A DNA stretch of 64,000 nucleotides from an uncultured Pseudomonadota bacterium (GTDB lineage Bacteria > Pseudomonadota > Alphaproteobacteria > Acetobacterales > Acetobacteraceae): assembly GCA_963762525.1 (NCBI GenBank), contig CAVXKT010000007.1, positions 21,303-85,302 on the forward strand, given 5' to 3'. Below are positions 1-10,025 of this stretch, in pieces (position 1 is the first letter of the stretch; the number at the start of each line of letters is the position of its first letter). The position numbers were made by a program, and so were the translations under genes. The notes beneath the pieces are model-generated. The model searched no databases. It was given only the letters and a program-made list of their open reading frames with translations, and had not been told where the DNA came from.

Positions 1-585
1 TAGGCCTCGGCCTGCCAGCGCGGCGTCGGATAGGCCTTCACCGCCGAGCCGAACAGGCCGCGAAAGGTCTGCTCGAGGAAGAACGAGACGCCGATGGCGC
101 AGATCAGCGGCGCCAGTCCCTGCACGCGGCGAAACGGCCGGTAGGCGAGCCGCTCGGTCAGCAAGGCGATGCTCACCGAAACCGCAATGGCGACGGCGAG
201 AATCGCCGCCATGCCGAGCACCGGATGCGCTCTCGAGGAAGCCCGAGGCGGCGAGCGGGCGGGCGACGAAGAAGCCGCCGAAGGCGCCGCACATCATGAT
301 GTCGCCGTGCGCGAAGTTGATCAGCCGCAGCACGCCGTAAACCATGGTGTAGCCGAGCGCGATCTGCGCGTAGATGCTGCCGATGGTGAGGCCGAACACG
401 GCGAAGTCGAACCACTGCGCCCCGGTGTAGCGATCCTTGACCAGCGACCCGATGGTGCCGCCCACCACCGCCGCCAGCACGCCGATCCGAAGCGCCCACA
501 GCACCAGATCGACGGCGTTGACGCGAGCCAGGGCGCTCAGCCATGGCTCGCGGAGAGGAACGCTACGGCTGAGCGCGTCGCTCAA
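1..585 (-). pseudogene. livH: LivH-family branched-chain amino acid ABC permease, N-terminal part (continues past window start); 1-nt frame change near 228 as sequenced
   Basis: Minus-strand translation reads ...AQWFDFAVFGLTIGSIYAQIALGYTMVYGVLRLINFAHGDIMMCGAFGGFFVARPLAASGFLES. After a +1 shift it reads HPVLGMAAILAVAIAVSVSIALLTERLAYRPFRRVQGLAPLICAIGVSFFLEQ. A possible TTG start overlaps the upstream stop; the start is uncertain. Confidence 0.75.
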
Positions 586-1838
586 TGGGTCGGCCAGACC
601 TTCTTCGGGTTCTTGCCGACGCCGAAGGTCTTCGGATCGCCGGACGTGAACTCCAGAACCGCCGGCTTGAATTGCGAGCATTCGCCGAAGTGATCGCAGG
701 CGATGGGGCCGCTGATGCCCTCGAACTTGGTGTCGAACACGGCGTCGCGCAGCGCCTTCTTGCCGATATAGAGATTGCCCGACTGGTCGGTCTTCGCCAC
801 CTTCTCGATCGCCTTGAAGGCCAGCATCGCGCCGTCATAGGCGTTGGCGTGGAAGCCGGAGATCGGCGCCTCTCCGTAGGTCTTGGTGTATTCGGCGACG
901 AATTTCGGATAGCCCTGGCCCATCGCTTCCGGGGAAATGTCGGGATAGCCGATGCGGAAGCCCACCACCGCGGGGCCGGCCGCCTCGATGAAGTCGGCCG
1001 ACAGCAGCGAGGCGCCGCCGAAGAAGATGGCGTGCTCCAGGCCCGGCACCTCCTTCGACTGGCGCAGCATCTGCGCCGCCGCCGCGGTGAAGATCGGCAT
1101 GTAGACCGCGTCCGGATGTTCACTGGCGATCCGCGTAAGCACCGGATGCATGTCCACGTCGGTGGGCGCCACCGCCTCGCGCGACAGCACCTTGCCACCC
1201 AGCTGCTCGAAATTGTTCGCCATCACGGTCACGAGCTGCTGGGCGTAGGGGCTGCCGTCGTGAACGGTCACGGCGGTCTTCGCGCCCGCCACCTTGTCCA
1301 GATAGGTTGCGTCCGCCTTGCCCTGCTCGTTGTCGCTGAACACCGTGCGGGCGAAGCCGTCATACTCCGGCTTGCGGTCCGGCGAAGTCAGCGCCGGCGC
1401 GGTGCAGGCGGTGCAGATATCGACGATGCCGGCCTGCCAGAGAATGGGCGCGCCGGGCGTGGCGGCCGAGGAACAGGCGGGGCCGAGCACGATCACCATG
1501 TTCGGGGTGGCGGCGAGCTTGGTGGCGGCGGTCTGCCCACCCTCGGCATTGCAGGTGTCGTCCTCGGCGTCGAGCTTGATCGGATGTCCGAGCAGCTTAT
1601 CGCCCTCATCCTTGATCGCCAGCTCGACGCCGCGCTTCTCATCGAGGCCGAGCGCGGTGTCGGCGCCCGAGAGCACCCAGTATCCGCCGATCACGATGGG
1701 CGCGCCCTTGGGCACCCGGACCACGCCGATGGGATCGGAGACGGGTCCCACCGTCACCGCCGCGGCATTGAGCGACAAGCCGCCAGCCGCCAGCAGCGCC
1801 ACGAGCGCCGCGCGAGCGAAGCTCAGCATTGTTCCCAT
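582..1838 (-). CDS. Leu/Ile/Val-binding-type (LivK family) periplasmic ABC substrate-binding protein
   Basis: ORF 582..1892. Likely start is MGTMLSFARAALVALLAAGGLSLNAAA (signal peptide). Type-I periplasmic binding fold pattern throughout. A LivH permease lies immediately downstream. Confidence 0.85.
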   Translation of the reverse strand: MGTMLSFARAALVALLAAGGLSLNAAAVTVGPVSDPIGVVRVPKGAPIVIGGYWVLSGADTALGLDEKRGVELAIKDEGDKLLGHPIKLDAEDDTCNAEGGQTAATKLAATPNMVIVLGPACSSAATPGAPILWQAGIVDICTACTAPALTSPDRKPEYDGFARTVFSDNEQGKADATYLDKVAGAKTAVTVHDGSPYAQQLVTVMANNFEQLGGKVLSREAVAPTDVDMHPVLTRIASEHPDAVYMPIFTAAAAQMLRQSKEVPGLEHAIFFGGASLLSADFIEAAGPAVVGFRIGYPDISPEAMGQGYPKFVAEYTKTYGEAPISGFHANAYDGAMLAFKAIEKVAKTDQSGNLYIGKKALRDAVFDTKFEGISGPIACDHFGECSQFKPAVLEFTSGDPKTFGVGKNPKKVWPTH

Positions 1839-1880
1839 TTCCTCCGTTGTTTTCCGGGCGGGACTATGGGGCGGGCGCAT

Positions 1881-1912
1881 CCGGCCCGTCAACGCGCCGG
1901 CCCGTCAACGCA
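1881..1912. repeat. Perfect tandem duplication of ccggcccgtcaacgc (16-bp period) in the livK-like/soxB divergent intergenic region
   Basis: Read directly: ccggcccgtcaacgcg ccggcccgtcaacgca at 1881-1896 and 1897-1912. Confidence 0.9.
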
Positions 1913-2015
1913 CCGGGGCGCGCGTCGCTCCGGCACAGCAGCCTTGTCGGATCGGGGCTGGCGGCCTTCCCGCTTCTGAGCCAGGTTGCGCCGAGCGGAA
2001 CCGGGAAGCGCGCGC

Positions 2016-3267
2016 TTGCGATACTCGATCGCCACTCTGATCGGCCAAGCCCTGAACGGACAGCGGGGCTGGCAGCCGGTCTGGCGCGAGCCCGACCCGA
2101 AGCCGTTCTACGACGTGGTCGTGGTCGGCGGCGGCGGGCACGGGCTGGCGACCGCCTATTATCTCGCGAGCCGGCACGGCATCAACAACGTCGCGGTGGT
2201 GGAAAAGGGGCTCCTCGGTTCCGGCAATGTCGGGCGCAACACCACCATCATCCGCTCCAATTACCTGCTGCCGGCCAACACGGCATTCTACGAATGGTCG
2301 CTCAAGCTGTGGGAGGGTCTGGAGCAGGACATCAACTACAATGCGATGGTCAGTCAGCGCGGCGTGCTCAACCTGTTTCACTCCGACGCCGAGCGCGACG
2401 CCGCGGCGCGGCGCGGCAATGCGATGCGGCTCAACGGCGTCGATGCCGAACTGCTCGACGCGGCGCAGGTGCGCGCGTTCGTCCCGCAGCTCGATTTCGA
2501 CCACGCGCGCTTTCCGATCGAAGGCGGCCTGCTGCAACGCCGCGGCGGCACGGTGCGTCACGATGCGGTCGCCTGGGGCTATGCGCGGGCGGCCGACGAG
2601 CGCGGCGTGGACATCTTGCAGAACTGCGAGGTGACGGGGATTCGGGTCGGAGTCCGGGCGGGTGCGCGGCGTCGAGACGACGCGCGGCTTCATCGGCGCC
2701 GGCAAGGTCGGACTGGCCTGCGCCGGCAATTCCTCGCGCGTCGCCGCGATGGCCGGGCTGCGGCTGCCGATCGAGAGCCACGTGCTGCAAGCCTTCGTCT
2801 CCGAGGGGATCAAGCCGATCCTGGACACGGTGGTGACGTTCGCCGCCGCGCATCTCTATGTCAGCCAGTCCGACAAGGGCGGGCTGGTCTTCGGCGGCGA
2901 TCTCGACGGCTACAACTCCTATGCGCAGCGCGGCAACCTGCCGATCATGGCCGAGGTGGCGGAGGCGATGATGGCGCTGCTGCCGCGCTTCGGCCGGCTG
3001 CGCATCGTGCGCAACTGGGGCGGCATCATGGACATGACCATGGACGGCTCGCCGATCATCGACCGCACCGACATCGGCGGCCTCTATCTCAATGCCGGCT
3101 GGTGTTACGGCGGCTTCAAGGCGACCCCGGCCTCGGGCTGGTGCTTCGCCCACACCATCGCCCGCGACGAGCCGCACGCGCTGAACGCCGCGTTTCGTCT
3201 CGATCGGTTCGCGACCGGGCATCTGATCGACGAACGCGGCGCCGGGCCGCGCCCGAATTTGCAGTAG
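2016..3267 (+). pseudogene. soxB: Sarcosine oxidase beta subunit SoxB, split by a 1-nt insertion near 2649 as sequenced
   Basis: TTG at 2016 gives MRYSIATLIGQALNGQRGWQPVWREPDPKPFYDVVVVGGGGHGLATAYYLA (FAD GxGxxG). The frame is lost after EVTGIRV (gtcGGagtcc). It resumes in ORF 2662..3267 as GRVRGVETTRGFIGAGKV...HLIDERGAGPRPNLQ. Confidence 0.85.
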
Positions 3268-3283
3268 CGACGCACGAGCGACG

Positions 3284-3559
3284 ATGCGCATTCCCTGTCC
3301 TTATTGCGGCGAGCGCGGTCACGAGGAATTCTCCTATCTCGGCGACGCCGCCCCGTATCTGCGGGGCCGCCCCGATCCCGGCGCCGCCGATGCGCCGGCG
3401 GCGTTTCACGCTTATGTCTATCTGCGCGACAATCCGGCCGGGCCGCTCGACGAGTTGTGGCACCACGCGGGCGGCTGCCGCGCCTGGCTGGTGGTGCGGC
3501 GCGACGTGCGGGACCACGTGATCCTCGGGGTTCGGCCGGCGATGGAGGGGCCGCCATGA
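3284..3559 (+). CDS. soxD: Sarcosine oxidase delta subunit SoxD
   Basis: 91 aa, MRIPCPYCGERGHEEFSYLGDA... with a Cys/His zinc motif. Sits between soxB and soxA. Its stop overlaps the soxA ATG (ATGA at 3556-3559). Confidence 0.9.
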   Translation: MRIPCPYCGERGHEEFSYLGDAAPYLRGRPDPGAADAPAAFHAYVYLRDNPAGPLDELWHHAGGCRAWLVVRRDVRDHVILGVRPAMEGPP

Positions 3560-6483
3560 GGCGCCTCGCCGCGGGCGGTTTGATCGACCGCACCCGAACC
3601 TGGCGCTTCAGCTTCGACGGGCGCTCCTATACGGGTCATCCCGGCGACACGCTGGCATCGGCGCTGCTCGCCAACGATGTCCGTCTGATCGGCCGGTCCT
3701 TCAAGCTGCACCGTCCGCGCGGCATTCTCTCGGCGGGGCCGGAGGAGCCGAACGCGCTGGTGGAACTGCGCGCGGGCGCGCGGCGCGAGCCGAACACCCG
3801 CGCCACCACCGCCGAGCTTTACGACGGGCTGACGGCGCGGAGCCAGAACCGGTTTCCCTCGCTGACCTTCGATGTGATGGCGGCGAACAACTGGGCGGCG
3901 CCGCTGCTGCACGCCGGTTTCTACTACAAGACCTTCATGTGGCCGGCGTCGTTCTGGGAAAAGGTGTATGAGCCGCTGATCCGCCGCGCCGCCGGCCTCG
4001 GCCGCGGGGCGGCGGCGGCGGATCCCGATCACTACGAGATGGTCCACGCGCATTGCGACGTGCTGGTGATCGGCGCCGGGCCGGCCGGGCTGATGGCGGC
4101 GCTGACCGCCGGGCGGGCCGGCGCGCGGGTCATTCTGTGCGACGAGGATTTCCGCCCGGGCGGGCGGCTGTTGTCCGAGCGCGGCGCCATCGGCGACGAC
4201 GCCGCCGCGCCGTGGGCGGCGAATATCGCCGCCGAACTCGCGACACTTCCGGAGGTGCGGGTGCTCGCGCGCACCACCGTCTTCGGCGTCTACGATACCG
4301 GCACGTTCGGCGCGGTGCAGCGGTTGGGCGATCATCTGCCCGAGCCGGCCGGGCCGCGTCAGCGCGCGTGGCGGATCATCGCCAAACGCGCGATCCTCGC
4401 CGCCGGATCGATCGAGCGCCCGGTGGTGTTCGGCGACAACGACCGGCCGGGGGTGATGCTCGCGGGCGCCGTGCGCGCCTACGTCAATCGTTATGCCGTC
4501 GCGCCGGGGCGGCGCGCGGTGGTTTTTGCCGTGCACGACGACGGCCACCGCACCGTTCGCGATCTGCTTGCGGCGGGCGTCGCCGTGCGGGCTTTGGTCG
4601 ATCCGCGCCCCGAGGCGGCGGCGCTCGATGGCGTGCCCCTGGTGCGCGGCGTGGTGCGCCGGGCGCTCGGCAACCAGATGGTGCGCGGCGCGGAGATCGC
4701 GGGCGAAGCCGGCGTGACGCGGCTCGACTGCGACCTGATCGCGATGGCGGGCGGCTGGAGCCCGACCATCCATCTGACGTCGCATCTGGGCGCCCGGCCG
4801 CGCTGGGACGAGGCGCTGGCCGCCTTCGTGGCCGACGAGGTGCCCGCCGGGATGGCGGTGGCGGGCGCCGCCGCCGGCGCCTTCACCACCGCCGAGGCGC
4901 TGGGCGCGGGCGCGCGCGCCGGGGCGGCGGCGGCCGGCGATACCGGGCACAAGGCGCATCTGCCCAACATCCCCGATGCCGAGCCGGAGGCGATCGGACA
5001 CCGCCCGTTGTGGCGCGTGCGCGGCGCCCGGCGCGCCTTCGTCGATTTCCAGAACGACGTCACCGCCACCGACGTGGACCTGGCGCGGCGCGAGGGTTTT
5101 CACGCCGTCGAGCACCTGAAGCGCTACACCACCCTCGGCATGGCGACCGACCAGGGCAAGACCGCCAATGTGAACGGCCTGGCGCTGATGGCCGAGCTGA
5201 CCGACAGGACCATCGCCGAGACCGGCAGCACGCGCTTCCGTCCGCCCTACACGCCGGTGGCGATCGGCGCCCTCGCCGGACACCATCGCGGCCGCGACTT
5301 CCGCCCGACGCGCCTGGCGCCGACGCATGAATGGTCGGCCGAACTGGGCGCGGTGTTCGTCGAAGCCGGATTGTGGCTGCGCGCGCAATACTATCCGCGT
5401 GCCGAGGAGACCGATTGGCTGCCGACGGTCAATCGCGAAGTCTCCGCGGTGCGCTCGGCGGTCGGCATCTGCGACGTGTCAACGCTCGGCAAGATCGACC
5501 TGCAAGGCCCCGATGCGCTGGTGTTGCTGGACCGTCTCTACGTCAACCGGATGCGCACGCTACGGGTCGGGCGGGCGCGCTACGGGCTGATGTTGCGCGA
5601 GGACGGCTTGGCTTTCGACGACGGCACGGTGGCGCGCCTTGCCGAGGATCGGTTCCTGATTACCACCACCACCGCGAAGGCGGCGGCCGTGCTCGCGCAT
5701 ATCGAGTTCTGCCATCAGGTGCTGTGGCCCGAGCTGGACGTGCAATTCGTCTCCGTCACCGACCAGTGGGGGCAGTTGGCGATCGCCGGGCCGCGCGCCC
5801 GTGAGGTGTTGTCGCAGGTTCTTGCCGCCGACCTGACGAACGAGGCATTTCCCTTCATGGCGGCGGCCGAGCTGGCGCTGCGCGACGGCACGCCGGCGCG
5901 GCTGTTCCGTATCTCCTTCTCCGGCGAGCTGGCCTACGAGCTGGCGGTTCCGGCGCGGGTTGCCGGCGAGGTCGCGCGGCGCGTGATGGCGGCGGGCGAG
6001 GCGTTCGGGATCACGCCGTACGGGACGGAGGCGATGGGCGTCATGCGTATCGAGAAGGGGCACGTCGCCGGCAACGAGATCAACGGCCAGACGACGGCGA
6101 GCGATCTCGGACTCGGGCGCCTGGTGGCGGCGGAGAAGGACTGCATCGGCCGGGTCATGGCGGCGCGTCCGGGCCTGGCGGACGAGGCGAGGCCGCGGCT
6201 CGTCGGCGTGCGCCCGGTCAACCCGGCGGAGCGGCTGCGGGCCGGCGCGCATTTCATTCCCGCCGGCGCCGCCGCCGAGATCGCCAACGATCAGGGCTTC
6301 GTCTCCTCGGTTGCGTTTTCGCCCACCATCGGCGGCTGGATCGGACTCGGATTTCTGGCGCGCGGGGCCGAGCGGATCGGCGAGCGGGTGCGCGCCGTCG
6401 ATCCGGTGCGCGACGGCGACGTGCTGGTGGAGGTATGCCATCCGGTGTTCGTCGATCCCGAGGGAGCGCGGCTGCATGTCTGA
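3556..6483 (+). CDS. soxA: Sarcosine oxidase alpha subunit SoxA
   Basis: Internal ATG at 3556 gives MRRLAAGGLIDRTRTWRFSFDGRSYTGHPGDTLASALLANDVRLIGRSFKLHRPRGI. Contains the dinucleotide-binding motif VLVIGAGPAGL and a C-terminal GcvT-like folate-binding region. Confidence 0.9.
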   Translation: MRRLAAGGLIDRTRTWRFSFDGRSYTGHPGDTLASALLANDVRLIGRSFKLHRPRGILSAGPEEPNALVELRAGARREPNTRATTAELYDGLTARSQNRFPSLTFDVMAANNWAAPLLHAGFYYKTFMWPASFWEKVYEPLIRRAAGLGRGAAAADPDHYEMVHAHCDVLVIGAGPAGLMAALTAGRAGARVILCDEDFRPGGRLLSERGAIGDDAAAPWAANIAAELATLPEVRVLARTTVFGVYDTGTFGAVQRLGDHLPEPAGPRQRAWRIIAKRAILAAGSIERPVVFGDNDRPGVMLAGAVRAYVNRYAVAPGRRAVVFAVHDDGHRTVRDLLAAGVAVRALVDPRPEAAALDGVPLVRGVVRRALGNQMVRGAEIAGEAGVTRLDCDLIAMAGGWSPTIHLTSHLGARPRWDEALAAFVADEVPAGMAVAGAAAGAFTTAEALGAGARAGAAAAGDTGHKAHLPNIPDAEPEAIGHRPLWRVRGARRAFVDFQNDVTATDVDLARREGFHAVEHLKRYTTLGMATDQGKTANVNGLALMAELTDRTIAETGSTRFRPPYTPVAIGALAGHHRGRDFRPTRLAPTHEWSAELGAVFVEAGLWLRAQYYPRAEETDWLPTVNREVSAVRSAVGICDVSTLGKIDLQGPDALVLLDRLYVNRMRTLRVGRARYGLMLREDGLAFDDGTVARLAEDRFLITTTTAKAAAVLAHIEFCHQVLWPELDVQFVSVTDQWGQLAIAGPRAREVLSQVLAADLTNEAFPFMAAAELALRDGTPARLFRISFSGELAYELAVPARVAGEVARRVMAAGEAFGITPYGTEAMGVMRIEKGHVAGNEINGQTTASDLGLGRLVAAEKDCIGRVMAARPGLADEARPRLVGVRPVNPAERLRAGAHFIPAGAAAEIANDQGFVSSVAFSPTIGGWIGLGFLARGAERIGERVRAVDPVRDGDVLVEVCHPVFVDPEGARLHV

Positions 6484-6997
6484 CCCCGTCGCCATCGCGG
6501 AGCCGAACCGGGTGGCGCTGGCCAGTTTGATCGCGCGGCGCGGCCGTGCGGCGGAATTGCGGGCGTCGATGCGGAGCGCCAGGGGCGCCGAGTTGCCGTC
6601 GATGCCACACATCGCCGAAGGCGAGGGCGTGCGCTTCATTTGGGATGGACCCGACCGCTGGCTGGTCGCATCCGCATCGCTGTCGCCGGCGGGCCTGGTG
6701 GCCGCGTTGCGCGCCGGCGCCGGCGGCCTCGCCGCCGTCTGCGACCAGAGCGACGGGCATGTGCTGTTGCGCGTCTCCGGGCGAGGTGCGCGCGACGCCC
6801 TGGCCAAGGGCCTGCCGATCGACCTCCACCCGTCGGTGTTTTCGACCGGCAGCGCGGCGATCACCGTCGCCGCCCATATCGGCTGCCGCATCTGGCAAAC
6901 CGACGACGTCCCGACTTACGAAATCGCCGTGCCGAGGAGCCTGGCCGCAAGCTTCCGGCACTGGCTCGACGGCGCGGCCGCAGGAGGTGAGCCATGA
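6476..6997 (+). CDS. soxG: Sarcosine oxidase gamma subunit SoxG
   Basis: ATG at 6476 overlaps the soxA stop (6481-6483). The 173-aa product MSDPVAIAEP... sits in the canonical soxBDAG position. Confidence 0.8.
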   Translation: MSDPVAIAEPNRVALASLIARRGRAAELRASMRSARGAELPSMPHIAEGEGVRFIWDGPDRWLVASASLSPAGLVAALRAGAGGLAAVCDQSDGHVLLRVSGRGARDALAKGLPIDLHPSVFSTGSAAITVAAHIGCRIWQTDDVPTYEIAVPRSLAASFRHWLDGAAAGGEP

Positions 6998-8241
6998 TCC
7001 ACGGTGAAATGGCGGAGATGCTGCGCACCCGCCGCCCCGGTTACTCGCTGCCCGGACGCTTCTACAACGATCCGGCGATCTTCGCGCTCGATATGGAAGT
7101 TATCTTTCAGCGTGAATGGCTCTATGTCGGCGCCACCTGCGAGGTGGAGGAGCCCGGACAGTACATGACCGTGTCCATCGGCGGCTCCTCCATCATCGTC
7201 GTGCGCGGCACCGACGGCGAGCTGCGCGGCTTCTTCAACACCTGCCGCCATCGCGGCTTTCGCATCTGCGATGCCGAGCACGGCCGGGCGAAGTCGTTCG
7301 TGTGCCCCTATCACCGCTGGAATTACCGGCTCGACGGCGCGCTGATATCGGCGATGTACATGCCGGAGGACTTCGACCGCGCCGCGCATTCGCTGAAGCC
7401 GGTTCGGGTCCGCACCGTCAGCGGCACCATCTATATTTCGCTCGCCGACGATCCGCCCGATTTCGCCCGCTATGCGCGCGACCTCGCACCGCTGCTGGCG
7501 GCGCATCAGTTGGATCGCGCCAAGGTGGCCCACATCGATCATCTGGTGGTGGAGGGCAACTGGAAGCTGATGCTGGAGAATTCGCGCGAATGCTATCATT
7601 GCGCGACCGGCCATCGCGAGTTGATGCGCACCTTTCTCGACATCTACGATTTCGCCGATCCGAGCGAGGCCGCCGACATCGCCGCGTTCTGGCAACGCTG
7701 CGAGGCCGAGGGCCTGCCCAGCCATATCGCCGACGGACCCGAGTACCGGGCCAGCCGGCTCCCGTTCACCCGCGGCGCGGTATCGACCACGATCGATGGC
7801 AAGCCCGCCGTCGCTCGCCTGCTGGGGGCGGTGCCGCACAACGATATCGGATCGCTGCGGTGGGTGCACTATCCAACCGTCTACAACCACGCGCTCGGCG
7901 ACTATGCGGTGACGGTGCGGATGCTGCCGATGGACACCGAACGCACGCTGGTCAGCACCACCTGGCTGGTCGATCGCGAGGCGGTCGAGGGGCGCGACTA
8001 CGACAAGGCGAACCTCATCCGGGTGTGGGACGTCACCAACCAGCAGGACGCCGCGCTGGTGAAGCGCAACCAACTGGGCATCAATTCCGTCGGCTACCAG
8101 CCCGGCCCCTATTCGCCGACGCTGGAGGCCGGCGTCATCAAGTTCGTCGAGTGGTACTGCGCCAAGATGGCCCGCCATGTCGGCGCCGAGGAGGCGTCGC
8201 CGCCGCTCGCCCGGCGGCTCGCCGACGTGGCGGGCGACTGA
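6994..8241 (+). CDS. Rieske [2Fe-2S] non-haem iron oxygenase, GbcA/BmoA/CntA-like (quaternary amine monooxygenase family candidate)
   Basis: Rieske motif CRHRG...CPYHRW. Mononuclear iron region NSRECYHCATGHRE. N-terminal YSLPGRFYNDPAIFALDMEVIFQREWLY. ATGA overlap with the soxG stop at 6994-6997. Confidence 0.75.
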   Translation: MIHGEMAEMLRTRRPGYSLPGRFYNDPAIFALDMEVIFQREWLYVGATCEVEEPGQYMTVSIGGSSIIVVRGTDGELRGFFNTCRHRGFRICDAEHGRAKSFVCPYHRWNYRLDGALISAMYMPEDFDRAAHSLKPVRVRTVSGTIYISLADDPPDFARYARDLAPLLAAHQLDRAKVAHIDHLVVEGNWKLMLENSRECYHCATGHRELMRTFLDIYDFADPSEAADIAAFWQRCEAEGLPSHIADGPEYRASRLPFTRGAVSTTIDGKPAVARLLGAVPHNDIGSLRWVHYPTVYNHALGDYAVTVRMLPMDTERTLVSTTWLVDREAVEGRDYDKANLIRVWDVTNQQDAALVKRNQLGINSVGYQPGPYSPTLEAGVIKFVEWYCAKMARHVGAEEASPPLARRLADVAGD

Positions 8242-8295
8242 TTATGACTTCGCTGGTGCGCGACTAGTAGAGCGATTCCATGGAAGCCACCCATT

Positions 8296-8328
8296 GCGTA
8301 GGGCGGATAAGCCCTTGCGCAATCCGCC
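8296..8328. repeat. REP-like hairpin gcgtagggcggataagcccttgcgcaatccgcc between convergent genes; possible bidirectional terminator
   Basis: Stem ggcggat (8302-8308) pairs with atccgcc (8322-8328), followed by ttt. A related copy lies at 23914-23943. Confidence 0.5.
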
Positions 8329-8354
8329 TTTCGTTCGCTCGGCACGAAGCCGGA

Positions 8355-9245
8355 TCAGACCAGATTCTGCGATTTGAGGAACGACGCGGCGACGGCTTCG
8401 ACCGTCTTGTGTTCGACGTCCACCGAGGCGTTCAGACCAGCCAATGTGTGATCGTCCAACTTCGCCGACACCCCGTTGAGCAGGTCCGCGAGCTTGGGGT
8501 TGGCGTCCAGCACCTCCTTGCGAATGACCGGCGTGAGCGCATAGGACGGAAAGAAACCCTTGTTGTCGCTCAGCACCAAGAAATGAAAGGCGGGGATTCG
8601 CCCGTCGGTGGCGAACACGAGGCCGACATCCACCTGATGCTCGTGCAGCGCCTGGTAGGTGAGCCCGGCATCCATCAACTTCAGATTGGCGCGGCCGAAG
8701 GTAAACCCGTAATCCTTCTCCAGCGGCCGCAATCCGTCGGGCCGCTCGGCGAACTCCGCATCGCAGGCGAAGGTCATCTTCGTGCCGTCGTTGATCGCCT
8801 TCGCCAGATCGCTGATCGAGGTGATGTGGCGCTGTTCCGCGTCCGACTGGTTCATCGCCAGGGCATAGGTGTTGTTGGCGCGTGACGGGTTGAGCCAAAT
8901 GATGCCTCGCTTGGCGTCCAGTTCCTTGACCTTGTCGTAGGTCTGCTGCGGCGTCATGCGCTCCTTGATCTTGTCGTAAACGATCAGCGCGGTGCCGGTG
9001 TACTCCCAATAGAGATCCACCTGGCCGTTCTCCAGGGCGCGGCGCAGCACCGTGCTGCCCATGTTGTCGCGCACGTCCACGGTGAAGCCGTTGGCGCGCA
9101 GCAGCTGCGCCGTCATCGTGGCCATCAGCAATTGCTCGGTGAAGTTCTTGCCGCCGACCACGATGGTCTTTCCCGCCGCGGATGCGTCGGTGCCGACCGA
9201 GAGTCCGGCGGCGGTCGCGAGAATCAGGAATGCTCGTCTCTGCAT
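8355..9245 (-). CDS. Glycine betaine/choline-type ABC substrate-binding protein (OpuCC/OsmF-YehZ family)
   Basis: 296 aa. Signal peptide MQRRAFLILATAAGLSVGTDASAAG. Pattern GGKNFTEQLLMA...DLYWEYTGTA...NTYALAM is typical of the family. Confidence 0.85.
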   Translation of the reverse strand: MQRRAFLILATAAGLSVGTDASAAGKTIVVGGKNFTEQLLMATMTAQLLRANGFTVDVRDNMGSTVLRRALENGQVDLYWEYTGTALIVYDKIKERMTPQQTYDKVKELDAKRGIIWLNPSRANNTYALAMNQSDAEQRHITSISDLAKAINDGTKMTFACDAEFAERPDGLRPLEKDYGFTFGRANLKLMDAGLTYQALHEHQVDVGLVFATDGRIPAFHFLVLSDNKGFFPSYALTPVIRKEVLDANPKLADLLNGVSAKLDDHTLAGLNASVDVEHKTVEAVAASFLKSQNLV

Positions 9246-9269
9246 GAGATGCTCTCCGAAGAGTTGCCT

Positions 9270-10025
9270 TCAGTCCTTCGGCACCACGCCGCGCGAGATG
9301 ATGGCGCGCCCGGCCGTCGCGATCAGGAAATCGATCGCCACCGCCAGCAGGGCGGTCGGGATGGCGCCGGCGAGCAGCACCCCGGTATCGTCGAGATCGA
9401 TGCCGGTGAAGATCAGTTGGCCGAGCCCGCCGCCGCCGATCAGGAATGCCAGCGGCGCCGTCCCGACATTGATGGTCACGGCGGTGCGGATGCCGGCGAA
9501 GATCACCCAAGCCGCGTTCGGCAGCTCGACCCGCAACAGGATCTGGCGCGGCTGCATACCCATTCCGGTCGCCGACTCGATCAGGTGGCGCGGAACCTCC
9601 AGCAGCCCGATATAGGTGTTGCGCACGATCGGCAGCAGCGTCGCCACCCACAGCGCGATGATCGCCGGGCGCGGACCGATGCCGAGAAAGCTCATCGACA
9701 GCGCCAGCACGGCCAGGGTCGGGACGGTGGTTCCGATGTTCAGCACCTGCATGACGGTTTCCGCCACGCCGCGGAACGCCGGTCGGCTCAGCAGGGTGCC
9801 GAGCGGGACTCCGGTCACGATCGCCAGGCCGCCCGAGATGGCGACCAGCACGATCTGCTGTTGCGTCAGATAGAGGATGTCGTCCCAGTGGTCCATGATG
9901 TCGCCGGCAAGACCGGCGGCCCACAGGGCGAGGACGGCGGCGAGGATGATCGCGAGAACCGACAGCGGCCCGGTCAATTGCCGCAAACGCAACTGCGCGG
10001 CGGGGGCGGTGAGGGCGACCATCAA
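9270..10025 (-). CDS. Osmoprotectant ABC transporter permease (OpuCB/YehY-like)
   Basis: 251-aa polytopic membrane protein with an EAA-like loop (ESATGMGMQPRQILLRVELPNA). Flanked by the binding protein and the ATPase. Confidence 0.85.
   Translation of the reverse strand: MMVALTAPAAQLRLRQLTGPLSVLAIILAAVLALWAAGLAGDIMDHWDDILYLTQQQIVLVAISGGLAIVTGVPLGTLLSRPAFRGVAETVMQVLNIGTTVPTLAVLALSMSFLGIGPRPAIIALWVATLLPIVRNTYIGLLEVPRHLIESATGMGMQPRQILLRVELPNAAWVIFAGIRTAVTINVGTAPLAFLIGGGGLGQLIFTGIDLDDTGVLLAGAIPTALLAVAIDFLIATAGRAIISRGVVPKD

Noticed and set aside
1959-1974. Sigma-54-like promoter TGGCGG-N6-CCGCT about 45 nt upstream of soxB.
   Set aside because: The GG-N10-GC spacing fits, but the -12 element lacks the TTGC consensus. 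In a 70% G+C genome such matches arise by chance, and no enhancer-binding protein is nearby.
585-1979. Long ORFs antisense to, or out of frame with, recognised genes. Examples: 585..1979 (+, 464 aa), 3418..5388 (-, 656 aa), 6916..8178 (-, 420 aa), 14963..17392 (-, 809 aa), 15823..18000 (-, 725 aa), 39599..40903 (+, 434 aa), 54692..56446 (-, 584 aa).
   Set aside because: All are Arg/Ala/Gly/Pro-rich low-complexity translations. They lie opposite or out of frame with genes that carry clear family motifs. At ~70% G+C, stop codons are rare in non-coding frames, so these are shadow ORFs.
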